This document shows positions 1 through 9,236 of a stretch of DNA of 38,993 nt, piece by piece. Below the pieces are notes generated by a model. That model was not told where the DNA came from, ran no database searches, and saw only the letters and a list, made by a program, of their open reading frames with translations. Source of the stretch: an uncultured Verrucomicrobiales bacterium (GTDB lineage: Bacteria; Verrucomicrobiota; Verrucomicrobiia; Verrucomicrobiales; DEV007); the NCBI GenBank assembly GCA_938091905.1, contig CALKOM010000044.1, positions 1-38,993 of the forward strand, written 5' to 3'. Position 1 is the stretch's first letter. Each line of letters begins with the position of its first letter. A program made the position numbers and the translations under genes.

Positions 1-103
1 TCGATCTGTTGAGATTCATGGCCCGACAGGCCTGTGCCACGGAGCCTTTGCTTTGCTCCACGCAGCGTCTGACTGCTTGCCGTTTGGCTGCCGGGCCTAC
101 CAC
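1..103 (-). CDS. IS3-family transposase OrfB, N-terminal part (partial; -1 frame to OrfA)
   Basis: The -1 frame reads VVGPAAKRQAVRRCVEQSKGSVAQACRAMNLNRS and stays open to the window edge. It joins OrfA at CGA AAG TGG TAG. Confidence 0.8.
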   Translation of the reverse strand, partial: MVGPAAKRQAVRRCVEQSKGSVAQACRAMNLNRS

Positions 104-363
104 TTTCGCTGATTGACTTCTTTGAGGATATCATTCTGCACTGTGAGCTCGGCGACGATGCGTTTGAGACGCGTGTTCTCGGACTCCATCGCTTTGAGGC
201 GACGGACTTCGTCGACGTCCATGTCGCCGTATTTGCGCTTCCAGGCATAGAAAGTCGCCGGGCTGATGTTGTGCTTGGCGCACAGCTCTTTGGTTGTCAT
301 CTCGGCGCCTGATTCTCGGAGGACGCCGATGATTTGTTCTTCGCTGAATCGCTTTCGTTTCAT
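97..363 (-). CDS. IS3-family transposase OrfA (HTH_Tnp_1)
   Basis: 88 aa: KRKRFSEEQIIGVL...ELCAKHNISPATFYAWKRKYG...RLKAMESENTRLKRIVAEL, the typical IS407-group OrfA pattern. Confidence 0.93.
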   Translation of the reverse strand: MKRKRFSEEQIIGVLRESGAEMTTKELCAKHNISPATFYAWKRKYGDMDVDEVRRLKAMESENTRLKRIVAELTVQNDILKEVNQRKW

Positions 364-870
364 GAGGTCTGTGGGGTGGATATTACCACACAGACTCCAG
401 TTCAGGCCTGTCTACTTTTCGGGGAGCAGGTCATGGTCTGTTTGAGAAAGTGCTCGCGTTCGGCCGATTGGGTGAGGACCTCAACCGTGAGCTAGGGGTT
501 TGTAGTGGCTACGCCACGGCAGTCGACCAGAGGCCAAGACTCGTGTATCGCACCGAGATTCTTGGGTTCGGCGCTCCTGTGTATAACGAAGATGTTAAAA
601 ATGTCGGGGTCTAGTTGCCCGTCGAGGGCAGTAACGACAATAGGATTCTACCGATTCCAGCCATTCTCAAACCATTGAAGCAGATGACCGACAACGAGGC
701 TCTTGACTGATATCCACTCCATGATGGAGTCCTCCCGACAGGTTTGCTTTAGACTGAATTGCAGAATTTAAGGAATTTAGGGAAGGTAGTGAGTGAGGGA
801 AAGATGGATAGGGCTGGTTATAATACTAGATTGTGTCATTCTGTTTGGACTTCTAGCGGTTTAACAATGC

Positions 871-1851
871 ATGTCCATGTCTCCTTTACGTGTCGCGACA
901 GTTCAGCTCAATCATCTGCCAGGCGACAAGGCCGGTAATCTCCGGCTCGTTGAGTCCTTTGTCCGAAATGCCGCTCAGCAGGGCGTCGAGTTGATCGTGT
1001 TTCCCGAGATGTGTGTGACGGGATACTGGCATGTTCGCAAATTGGACCGTCCTGACATCGAGGCATTGGCCGAGGAGATTCCTCATGGGGAAACCACGAG
1101 TGCTCTGCTCGCGCTATCCAAAGAGAACAAGGCGAGCATTGGCGCAGGCTTCATTGAGCGCGATGTCGATGGCCGTCTCTATAATAGCTATGTCGTCGCG
1201 ATGCCAAACGGCAAGTGGGCTAGACATCGTAAGCTGCATACCTTTATCAGTGAGTACATGGCGTCGGGTGAATCTTACACCGTGTTTGATCTTCCGAATG
1301 GTGTCCGTGCTGGGGTGTTGATTTGCTATGACAACAACATCGTGGAGAACGTTCGTATGACAGCGCTCATGGGGGCGGAAGTGCTCATTGCTCCGCACCA
1401 AACTGGGGGCTGTGATTCCCGCAGTCCTCATGGGATGAAGCGGATTGATCCTGCGCTTTGGCATGCCCGGAAGGAAGAGCCACAAGCAATTCGAGATGCC
1501 TGCCAGGGGAAGGATGGGCGCGAGTGGATCATGCGGTGGCTGCCGTCTCGTGCTCATGACAACGGACTGTTTCTTATCTTCAGCAACGGAGTTGGCGTGG
1601 ACGATGACGAAGTGCGCACCGGAAATGCTATGATTCTGGATCCCTACGGTCGAATAATGCAGGAATCGTGCAGTATTGAGAATGATATGGTGATCGCTGA
1701 TCTCGATCCCGTATTACGTGACTGGTGCACGGGTGTCCGATGGATGAAGGCGCGTCGTCCGGAGCTTTACGAGACGCTCACGTTGTCCACTGGAAATGAG
1801 CACGACACGCGTGCCGTTAGGTTTGCTCGTGATTCCGAAGACCTCGAATAA
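871..1851 (+). CDS. Nitrilase / carbon-nitrogen hydrolase family protein
   Basis: Glu-Lys-Cys triad motifs: IVFPE, HRKLH, GVLICYD; also GNAMILDPYG. Confidence 0.92.
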   Translation: MSMSPLRVATVQLNHLPGDKAGNLRLVESFVRNAAQQGVELIVFPEMCVTGYWHVRKLDRPDIEALAEEIPHGETTSALLALSKENKASIGAGFIERDVDGRLYNSYVVAMPNGKWARHRKLHTFISEYMASGESYTVFDLPNGVRAGVLICYDNNIVENVRMTALMGAEVLIAPHQTGGCDSRSPHGMKRIDPALWHARKEEPQAIRDACQGKDGREWIMRWLPSRAHDNGLFLIFSNGVGVDDDEVRTGNAMILDPYGRIMQESCSIENDMVIADLDPVLRDWCTGVRWMKARRPELYETLTLSTGNEHDTRAVRFARDSEDLE

Positions 1852-1855
1852 CCAG

Positions 1856-2779
1856 CTACTTTCGCACAAGCGATGCGTTACTTCCAGCCCAAAGCAAGCC
1901 GCTGGAGTCAAAGCCAAGCACGTAAATGGATTCTCTAATATTCTCCAACAGGGTCCATTGATCGTCGGAGTTAGATAAGCGGTAGAGTTGCCCTTTTGAC
2001 GTTCCTGCAACGAGCCTGGTATCATCCCAAGCCAATGCCCAGACGCGTGCAGGTAAACGCTCTGCTGCGAGTTCATTCTCCATCCCAATGCCGCTATAGG
2101 TTCGAATCAGTCGTCCATCGGTCGAATGAAGGCGAACTTTGGAATCGCGTGCTCCCGACGCGAAATGCTTGCCATCAGCGGAGAACGTCAAGCTCTCCAC
2201 GCCCGCGGTGTGCTCTTGAAGCACGCGTGGTGATCGCCCTTCACCCAAGTGCGTTACCAGAAGGACTCCATCTAGACCACCCGAGACTAGCAACTTTCCT
2301 TCAGGAGAGAAGGCGACGGCACGTGCAGCGGCAGTATGTTTGTGAGTGACGATAGGCTTATCTGAGGATTCTAGCGGAAGTCTTAAGAGCTTCACGTTTC
2401 CGTCCGCACAGGCGACTGCAAGCGTTCCTGTCGGCCGGGAGTAGGCTAGCGCATAGATGAGGTCCTTGGATACGGTTCGCGTCTTCATTTCACTTGAGGC
2501 GATATCCAGGATGCCGATGATACCCGAAGTGCCAGGAAGCCCGCCACAGACAGCCAACTGCCCATCATCGATGGCGACGATATTGATTATTCGAAAATCC
2601 GGTGCAGCGACTTCGACAAATGTAGTGGAACTTTCGTCGCGACAAAGAATACCCGCTTGAGAACAGGAGTAGATCGTATTCTCACCGATGGCGATTCCTG
2701 TCACTGGGCCAACATGGCAAACCTCTTCGGCTCCAAACGAGAGAGTCCTCAGACAAAGTGTTAGGAAGACAACTCGCAT
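1856..2779 (-). CDS. Secreted WD40-repeat protein
   Basis: Repeats HTAAARAVAFSPEGKLLVSGGLDG and HTAGVESLTFSADGKHFASGARDSKVRL; short N-terminal signal; last gene of the DUF1501 operon. Confidence 0.88.
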   Translation of the reverse strand: MRVVFLTLCLRTLSFGAEEVCHVGPVTGIAIGENTIYSCSQAGILCRDESSTTFVEVAAPDFRIINIVAIDDGQLAVCGGLPGTSGIIGILDIASSEMKTRTVSKDLIYALAYSRPTGTLAVACADGNVKLLRLPLESSDKPIVTHKHTAAARAVAFSPEGKLLVSGGLDGVLLVTHLGEGRSPRVLQEHTAGVESLTFSADGKHFASGARDSKVRLHSTDGRLIRTYSGIGMENELAAERLPARVWALAWDDTRLVAGTSKGQLYRLSNSDDQWTLLENIRESIYVLGFDSSGLLWAGSNASLVRK

Positions 2780-2782
2780 TTG

Positions 2783-4045
2783 CTAAGTGGTCAATACACC
2801 TCGAACAGGCACCGCTTCCTCATCGACGATTCGGATCGGGCGACGGCTTGGCGTGGTTAGAATGTGATCGGTGTTCGCACCGAGAGCCGAGAGCACGGTG
2901 TAGAAGAGATCTGCTGGGCTCACCGGCTGCTCGATCGGTTCCTCGCCGCGAGCATCGGTCTTTCCGACCACAGCCCCTTCCTTGATGCCACCGCCAAAGA
3001 GTAAGGCCGAGCTCGCACGTGACCAGTGATCTCGGCCGCCCGACGGATTAATGCGAGGCGTACGTCCGAATTCGCTGGCGATTAAGACTACCACGTCCTC
3101 TAGCATGCCGCGGGATTCCAGATCGTGATGCAGTGCAGACACCGCGTTGTCGACAGCTGGGAGCTTGGGAGGAAATCCGGTGGTGAGCGAACTGAGAATG
3201 TTTGTGTGGTGATCCCATCCCTTGTCACGCACGAGGACGGTGCGCACGCCTCCTTCGATCAATCTTCGGGCGAGAAGGCAGGATTGGCCGATCGTACCAT
3301 TGCCATAACGTTTCTGCGTCGCCCCATCTTCTTTCTTGAGATCGAACAGCTCCCGGAGTTTTGGATTCAGAGAAAGGCTGCCGGCTTGTTGGAGGACGGC
3401 ATCGCGGGCGGCTTCGGATTCTGAGCGCGGTGGCCCATCCAGTTGGTCCACTGCTTTGAGGAGATTCATGGCCCTCTCCAATTGTGGAGGCGGTTGCAGA
3501 TTGCGAACACGATAGCCCGGCTTTCCTGGGGCGCTTCCTAGTTCGAAGGGCGCACGCATCGATGGCAGAAATCCCTGCCGTGCATAGACGTGTGCATCGG
3601 GTATGGCAATGTAAGGGGGTACCCGATCGTCACCGGAATCATCGAGATGCAGGTAGGAGCCAAACGACGGGTAGCTTAACAATGGCGTCAATCTTCGACC
3701 CGTGAGCATGTAGTGGGCTCCACGATCATGGTTTCCCTCGGGACTCGTGATCGACCGAATCAATGAGCATCGATCCATCAGCCTTCCAATCTTGGGTAGA
3801 TGCTCGGAGACAAAGACACCCTCAGTGGCAGATTCAATGCTGTCCAGCGGGCCACGAATATCCGGTGATGCTTCGGGCTTGCCATCGAACGTGTCGATAT
3901 GAGACATGCCGCCGTCTAACCAAAGAAGAATGAACGCCTTCTTCTTGCTTCCTTTCAACAATGGCGCCGAATGAAGCAATCCTGGGAGGAATGACAGAGC
4001 TCCCATGGAGGTCCCTATAAACTGGCGGCGGCTTGGAGAGTTCAT
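2783..4045 (-). CDS. DUF1501 domain protein (Tat signal)
   Basis: SRRQFI twin-arginine-like start; ILLWLDGGMSHIDTFD, GWDHH, SEFGRTPRIN and GGRDHW motifs. Confidence 0.93.
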   Translation of the reverse strand: MNSPSRRQFIGTSMGALSFLPGLLHSAPLLKGSKKKAFILLWLDGGMSHIDTFDGKPEASPDIRGPLDSIESATEGVFVSEHLPKIGRLMDRCSLIRSITSPEGNHDRGAHYMLTGRRLTPLLSYPSFGSYLHLDDSGDDRVPPYIAIPDAHVYARQGFLPSMRAPFELGSAPGKPGYRVRNLQPPPQLERAMNLLKAVDQLDGPPRSESEAARDAVLQQAGSLSLNPKLRELFDLKKEDGATQKRYGNGTIGQSCLLARRLIEGGVRTVLVRDKGWDHHTNILSSLTTGFPPKLPAVDNAVSALHHDLESRGMLEDVVVLIASEFGRTPRINPSGGRDHWSRASSALLFGGGIKEGAVVGKTDARGEEPIEQPVSPADLFYTVLSALGANTDHILTTPSRRPIRIVDEEAVPVRGVLTT

Positions 4046-4050
4046 GGCAG

Positions 4051-6048
4051 TTAACGGATGGATCCGAATTCTCGGCTGAGTAGAAGGGCTGTTGTAAGGT
4101 CGTCGCGCGCTTGCGGTTTAGAAAGAGCTTTCGTAGCAATGGGTAGAAATTGCTCAACTTCCTCGTCTCGAGGCGTGCGCGAGAGCACCAGGGTGAAGAG
4201 TTCCTCGAGAGCTTGCTCGGCACTCGCGGAGAAGGTGAAGATCACTTCTACTTCATTCCCGTTGGTCGCCAAGCCACGCTGGATGAGGCCACTATTGAGA
4301 AGCGCCAACTGATCGGCGAGGGGTGAGGTCGTTTCTGATGAAGAGTCCGACTCCATCATCGATAAGTCTCTTCTTTTGCCGACTGCATGGGATGGCTCGT
4401 GACCGATGACTGATCGGATGGCTTTCTGAAATTGGGGGCGTGTGAGTGATCGAGCCTCTCGTCGTGCGAAATACTTGAGAGCGGGGTCACCAGCGAGCGA
4501 GTTCACATCTAGTGGATCGCTGGCCAGGGCGTAAACCTTGGACGTGACGATGAACCGGACCAACTTGCGCAAGTCATAGCCTGATTTTTTGAAGTGTGAG
4601 GCGAGCACATCAAGAACGGACCCATGGATCGGAGGATTCGATATCCGATGATCATCGGGAGCATTTACAAGTCCATGACCTATCAATATTTCGAATACAC
4701 GATTGGCGATGTTTCTTGAAAATAGGTCATGACCGCCATCGACAATAAACGAGGTCAAGACCGTGTCCGGCGAAACACCTGGATTCTGACGAACATTGCC
4801 CAGAGGTAGTAGCGCTGGCATGACTGGTCGATGGCCTTCGCCAGGAACGTAAAAAGGATCGAGTGCCAGTTGACCATCTTCCTGACGAGTCCGGAAGAGA
4901 GCTGAGAAACGAAGGTGCTCGGCTTGCGTCCAGCGATCATGCGGATGGTTGTGGCATCGAGCGCAACCGATGCTAATACCAAGCAATTGGGAGCCGACGA
5001 ACTCAGCCTGGTCGCGTGGGTCGCCTTTTAAGCCTAAGCCAGGCCGAAAGAGATCACTGACAAGACTTGAGAGCGGCTCATTCTTACCAAGAGCGTCGCC
5101 CACACGTGAGAGATCTCGATTACGGGAGGGCTGCACAAACCACGATTCGATGTGCGGCTCAAACGCATCTACGAATGCCTCACGGGAAAGGAGAATCTTG
5201 CTCCTGACAGCTGTGCGCTTGTTTGGTGGCTCTGACAGGAAAGCTCTGAGTTCATCGGGTGTCGGCGGACGACCGGCCAGATCAAAGTAAAGCCGTCTAG
5301 CTAAGACATGTGGTGCGGCTTCGGCTGCAGGCTTTAGATTCTGCTCTTGCAACGCTTCTGCCCAGGCTCGGTCTAACGGATGATCGCCTATTTCCACACT
5401 TACCTTCTTGCCAGGGAATGGAATGTTGATGCGAGTCCGCACGCTCATGCCTGAATACCGGGCGAGCAACCAGGCTTTTCCAGGTCCATGTCGAGTCACG
5501 ACACCATGCTCATCGACGTCGGCGACAGTAGGTACGGTCGACTCAAACATTGCCAAGTGACTGACGTCCCGATCTTCTCCTTTGGAAAACTCTGCGGTGA
5601 CGGTGAGTCGATCCTGATCGTTGGATACCTTCAGTCCACCAAGGCTTGCCCCTCTCTGTTTATTGCTTTCATACGGGGCACCAGACTCGATCCAATGCAG
5701 CAATTGCTGATAGGCCTGACTCGACTTGTCAAAGATCCTACCACCCTCGTGTTTGACCGTTTTGGTAGGCTTTTTGAGTAGAAGACTATTCTTCGCATGT
5801 TGAAAGTCGATCCGCCTGGCGCCGAGTTCACGGGTGATTGCCTCGTAATCCGCACGAGGCTCTGTCGCGAACAGCGAGAGCTTAAACCCGCCTCGCCCAG
5901 TGGCACCGCCATGGCAGTCCGCTGCTGCGCAGCCGTGTCTAGCAAAGATTGGCGCGATCTCGTATCGGAAATCGGCACGAACCGGCAGTGCCATCACCGC
6001 GAAGGCAATTACACTAACGACGTAAGCGAACCGAATCTCACTTGGCAT
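4051..6048 (-). CDS. DUF1549/DUF1553 (PSCyt2/PSD1) domain protein
   Basis: CAAADCHG, RRLYFDLAGRPPT, CARCHNHPHDRWTQ, NIANRVF...GHGLVNAPDD. Start placed at ATG 6048 (MPSEIRF + signal peptide), which overlaps the upstream stop. Confidence 0.9.
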   Translation of the reverse strand: MPSEIRFAYVVSVIAFAVMALPVRADFRYEIAPIFARHGCAAADCHGGATGRGGFKLSLFATEPRADYEAITRELGARRIDFQHAKNSLLLKKPTKTVKHEGGRIFDKSSQAYQQLLHWIESGAPYESNKQRGASLGGLKVSNDQDRLTVTAEFSKGEDRDVSHLAMFESTVPTVADVDEHGVVTRHGPGKAWLLARYSGMSVRTRINIPFPGKKVSVEIGDHPLDRAWAEALQEQNLKPAAEAAPHVLARRLYFDLAGRPPTPDELRAFLSEPPNKRTAVRSKILLSREAFVDAFEPHIESWFVQPSRNRDLSRVGDALGKNEPLSSLVSDLFRPGLGLKGDPRDQAEFVGSQLLGISIGCARCHNHPHDRWTQAEHLRFSALFRTRQEDGQLALDPFYVPGEGHRPVMPALLPLGNVRQNPGVSPDTVLTSFIVDGGHDLFSRNIANRVFEILIGHGLVNAPDDHRISNPPIHGSVLDVLASHFKKSGYDLRKLVRFIVTSKVYALASDPLDVNSLAGDPALKYFARREARSLTRPQFQKAIRSVIGHEPSHAVGKRRDLSMMESDSSSETTSPLADQLALLNSGLIQRGLATNGNEVEVIFTFSASAEQALEELFTLVLSRTPRDEEVEQFLPIATKALSKPQARDDLTTALLLSREFGSIR

Positions 6049-7078
6049 GCTCTTTGAGAAACCCATCGGCGAGCTTCTGGGCGTGTTCAATTCCGTAGCG
6101 ATCACGGAAGCTGAGCATAAGCTTGAACATTTCGATCGCTTCGCCTTTGAGCGCATCACTCTCCCCAGCGCGCTTGGTGATCCTCGCGTATACCTCATCG
6201 GCCTTGGCTTCATCATTTGTTTTCCGAATGAAGGATCTCAGGAGAGCGTTCAACTTGGAATCTTCTGGCGGCTTGCCCTGGCGCTTTGGTTTCTCCGTTG
6301 CCTTTGTTTCATCAGCAGATTTATCCGCGTTCGCCTTTGGACGTTCGGGGCGTCTGTTCATCCCGCGCCCACTGCGATTGCGGTTGTTCTCTCGAAGTCG
6401 TTTGAGCTTTCCCTCAAGTCGCTGGACTTCCAGGGCTCGATCGACGGCAAATTCACGAAGCGCTGGGCCATCGGTCGGAAGAGCGGCAAGTAAGGCCCTC
6501 CGCCCTTTGGGCAAGGGCCCGGCAATTTCTTCCACCCATTGGCGAATCTTCGGCACATCGTTAGGTCCCGTGTCCGTGAGCGCTTCGCTGCGGAGCACCT
6601 TTCCATCCTTGCAGAAGATCAATGTAAGTGCCGCCTTCCGATTCAAAGCGTAGTTGCCTGGTCCCTCGGATCCATCGAGACCGAGAACAATGGGATTTCG
6701 AAGTTTCAACGAGCCATTGACACGCTTGGTCTGATCTTCACCTGCAGTGCGGTCCGCGCCTAACATAATGGTGTAAGTGCGAAATCCATGAATCGAATGA
6801 TCCGATGCTAGCTGATCGAGTCCATTGATCACAGGAGCGGTATTTCGCGTGAGTTCGTGGATGAAGAGAATCGCTCCAGGCGCTGTTCCCAACTTCTCGG
6901 CAACATCGAATTCTCTTCCGCTTCCGACACAATGAATTGGTGTAATCGCTGTCCCAACCTTGGGACCGGAAACGATGACCTCACTTGTGGCCGGAGCCTC
7001 GTCCTGAGCGGTCAAGAGGGACCATTGAGAAAAACTCACCAAAAGACCAAGAACGAACGATTGCATCTTCATCGGCAT
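6038..7078 (-). CDS. Secreted hypothetical protein, redoxin-like N-terminal fold without CxxC, charged C-terminal part
   Basis: Signal peptide; SGPKVG...AILFIHELTR...LGLDGSEGPGNYALN...TLIFCKDGKV resembles thioredoxin-fold topology (inference). Its stop overlaps the next start. Confidence 0.7.
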   Translation of the reverse strand: MPMKMQSFVLGLLVSFSQWSLLTAQDEAPATSEVIVSGPKVGTAITPIHCVGSGREFDVAEKLGTAPGAILFIHELTRNTAPVINGLDQLASDHSIHGFRTYTIMLGADRTAGEDQTKRVNGSLKLRNPIVLGLDGSEGPGNYALNRKAALTLIFCKDGKVLRSEALTDTGPNDVPKIRQWVEEIAGPLPKGRRALLAALPTDGPALREFAVDRALEVQRLEGKLKRLRENNRNRSGRGMNRRPERPKANADKSADETKATEKPKRQGKPPEDSKLNALLRSFIRKTNDEAKADEVYARITKRAGESDALKGEAIEMFKLMLSFRDRYGIEHAQKLADGFLKEHAK

Positions 7079-7143
7079 ATACTGACGCGAAAAGTCCCCG
7101 GAACCAAGCGAGTAGTTTCTCTGGGCTGACGTTGCGGCTCCAC

Positions 7144-7378
7144 CTAGGACGTTGGCGAGCTTTGTAGACGATCCCCGCCAAGCTGTTCCAAGATCTCCAG
7201 CGAGGGAAAGGCCGCGTTCACCTCATCCAGGGAAGGATCGTCCGGCAAGGGACCAGCCATCTTAACAGTCTCAACGGCGGCCTCGGAAAGGAGGCATTTC
7301 GGGCAGAGGCCTTTGGGGGGCGCTCTCCGGGATGGGCCGACCACAATCAGGGCAGTTCTCAGAAGTTGATGCTGTCAT
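7144..7378 (-). pseudogene. Remnant of a PVC-type Ser/Thr protein kinase (Zn-ribbon N-terminus plus subdomain I only)
   Basis: Across frames: MTASTSENCPDCGRPIPESAP / KGLCPKCLL...FPSLEILEQLG / GIVYKARQ. There is an extra base in the G run at 7315-7320, a deletion in the Gly-rich loop (RGGM missing), then truncation. Confidence 0.8.
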
Positions 7379-7389
7379 ACAGGTTTCCT

Positions 7390-7414
7390 GAGACGCCGTG
7401 AGGCTCCGGTTACA
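7390..7414 (-). promoter_or_regulatory. Possible ECF-sigma promoter TGTAACC-N12-CGTCTC
   Basis: AAC/CGT-type bipartite motif 11 nt upstream of the kinase-remnant ATG. Motif resemblance only. Confidence 0.3.
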
Positions 7415-7498
7415 AACTAGAGGAAAGAATCTGTCCTTTCTCCCAATTGGAACTCAGAATGTCAACGAATCAGCAAGCCCAGACCCAAACGGCTAGTC

Positions 7499-8614
7499 AT
7501 GAGTGAAATCACCTTTCCAGGCAAAGCGAGCGACTTCTTGAAGATCGGCGTGGCGGGTGCTGGGCATGGCGACCTCGATGCGGTCCGCGCGATCCTCAAA
7601 GCGCGACCAAAGTGGATCCACCACCTCGGCTCTTTCGGACGCACCCTGTTGTGGGGGGCCTCGCATCGCGGCAAGCTTGCCATGGTCAAGTACCTGGTAA
7701 AGCGTAAGGTGGACATCAACGCCTGTAGCTCAAGTTCCCCCCCCTACTTTGTTGACGTGAGTTGCTACACCATCGCGCGCTTTAAGAAACATGATGACGT
7801 AGCGGACTACTTACTCGAGAAAGGCGCCAAGACTGACATTCATACTGCCGCCTTTCTAGGAGATTGTGCCTCGGTTCGAAAGTATCTAAGCAGAAGTTTG
7901 AAGCAGTTGAACCAAGGGCATCCTCAATACGAAATGGGAGCCATGGGCGAAGACGGCATCGATCAACATCTTGTCGCGGCGCCCTGGGCAACCCCGCTTT
8001 GTTAAGCTCTCCGTGGAGGCGATCTCGAAACGATTGCCTTTCTGATAGACAAAGGGGCGACCATTCAAGGCAATGAGAAAGCGCTCTTCATCGCCGCACA
8101 ACGGCATCCGAAACGGATCCAACTGTTGTTAGAAAACGGAGCTGATCCCAGTCATGCTCCTGAAGTGTTCCCTGACGAAGGCGAGCTCTTTGAGATCGTT
8201 TCTTCCTATGGCGGGAAATCGCCGAAGGCCCCTCACGGTGATGAACTGGTCTACCTCTGTCGTGGCGACCGCGGTGGGAATCCCAAAGAAGTGCAGCGCC
8301 TCTTGGACCTTGGCGCAGACGTGAATCATCAAGATACCAAGGGTAAGACGGCCTTGCATCGCGCTTCCAAAGCCGGCTTTGTCGAGACAGCAAAAATCTT
8401 GTTAGAAAGCGGAGCTTCTGTCGACATCGAAGATTTCAAAGGCGAAACTCCGTTGTTTGACGCCGTGAGTTCAACGATCAAGAACACCAAGAACCTGCAG
8501 CTGACGATCAAGTTGCTGCTCAAATCTGGCGTCAAACCTAACCACGCAAATGGTCGCAAGGAGACACCACTGATTCTGGCCAAGACACGCAAGCTTGCAT
8601 CTTTACTAAAATGA
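7499..8614 (+). pseudogene. Ankyrin-repeat protein interrupted by an in-frame TAA (8003-8005)
   Basis: ORFs 7499-8005 and 8126-8614 are in the same frame. Read-through gives WATPLC*ALRGGDLETIAFLIDKGA, an intact ankyrin repeat. Other repeats: GKTALHRASKAG, GETPLFDAV. Confidence 0.85.
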
Positions 8615-9204
8615 AGAGCTACAAAACGGTCGAGGCACTCATTGAAGGGAATGCTTTGTGGACACCCGAGCTCGAGCAACTACGCAAGATTCTCACAGCG
8701 ACTCCCTTAGAAGAAACAGTCAAATGGGGAGCGCCTTGCTACACCTACGAAGGCAAGAATCTGGTAGGAATAGGTGCGTTCAAGAGTTACTTCGGTTTAT
8801 GGTTTCACCTGGGCGCGCTCTTGAGTGACGACGCGCAGGTCTTACAGAACACTCTAGAAGGAAAAACCAAAGCGCTTCGACAGTGGCGCATGGCCTCGAA
8901 GAAGGACATCAAGGCAAGGACGATCAGCGCCTACGTGAAGGAAGCGATTGCGCTTCAGGCACAGGGCAAGGAGATCAAGCCAGAACGCAACAAGCCGCTG
9001 ATCATTCCTCCAGAACTGAAAGACGCTCTAGCAAAGAATGCGAAAACGCGCGCGGCCTTCGGTCAGTTTACGAAAGGTCGGCAGCGAGAGTTTGCCGATT
9101 ACATCGCGCAGGCCAAACGTGAAGAGACCAAAGCGAACCGCGTAAAGAAGATCCTTCCGATGATCACTCAGGGCCCCAGTCTAAATGACAAGTATCAGAG
9201 TTGA
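8611..9204 (+). CDS. YdeI/OmpD-associated family protein (DUF1801 + OmdA)
   Basis: LEETVKWGAPCYTY...LWFHLGALL...LRQWR; IPPELKDAL...QREFADYIAQAKREETKANRVKK. ATGA overlap with the upstream gene. Confidence 0.9.
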   Translation: MKSYKTVEALIEGNALWTPELEQLRKILTATPLEETVKWGAPCYTYEGKNLVGIGAFKSYFGLWFHLGALLSDDAQVLQNTLEGKTKALRQWRMASKKDIKARTISAYVKEAIALQAQGKEIKPERNKPLIIPPELKDALAKNAKTRAAFGQFTKGRQREFADYIAQAKREETKANRVKKILPMITQGPSLNDKYQS

Positions 9205-9236
9205 TCTGTCACTCAACTTGGCTCTAGGCTGCCTGC
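9201..9236 (+). promoter_or_regulatory. Putative sigma70 promoter giving a leaderless osmC-family mRNA
   Basis: TTGATC(9201)-N18-TAGGCT(9225)-N6-ATG(9237); no Shine-Dalgarno sequence. Confidence 0.4.

Larger units (their letters stand above)
1..433 (-). mobile_element. IS3-family insertion sequence (IS407 group), left end; runs off the window start
   Basis: The minus strand from 433 reads TGACCTGCTCCCCGAAAAGTAGACAGG, an IS407-like terminal IR starting with TG. It is followed by orfA and an overlapping -1 frame orfB. Confidence 0.9.

Noticed and set aside
434..870. Possible gene or sRNA between the IS end and the nitrilase
   Set aside because: No ORF of 60 aa or more and only a short palindrome (ACTCCATGATGGAGT); insufficient evidence.
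8003..8005. Recoding of the ankyrin TAA
   Set aside because: Ochre codon at a structural repeat position with no convincing downstream hairpin; a simple nonsense mutation or error is more likely.
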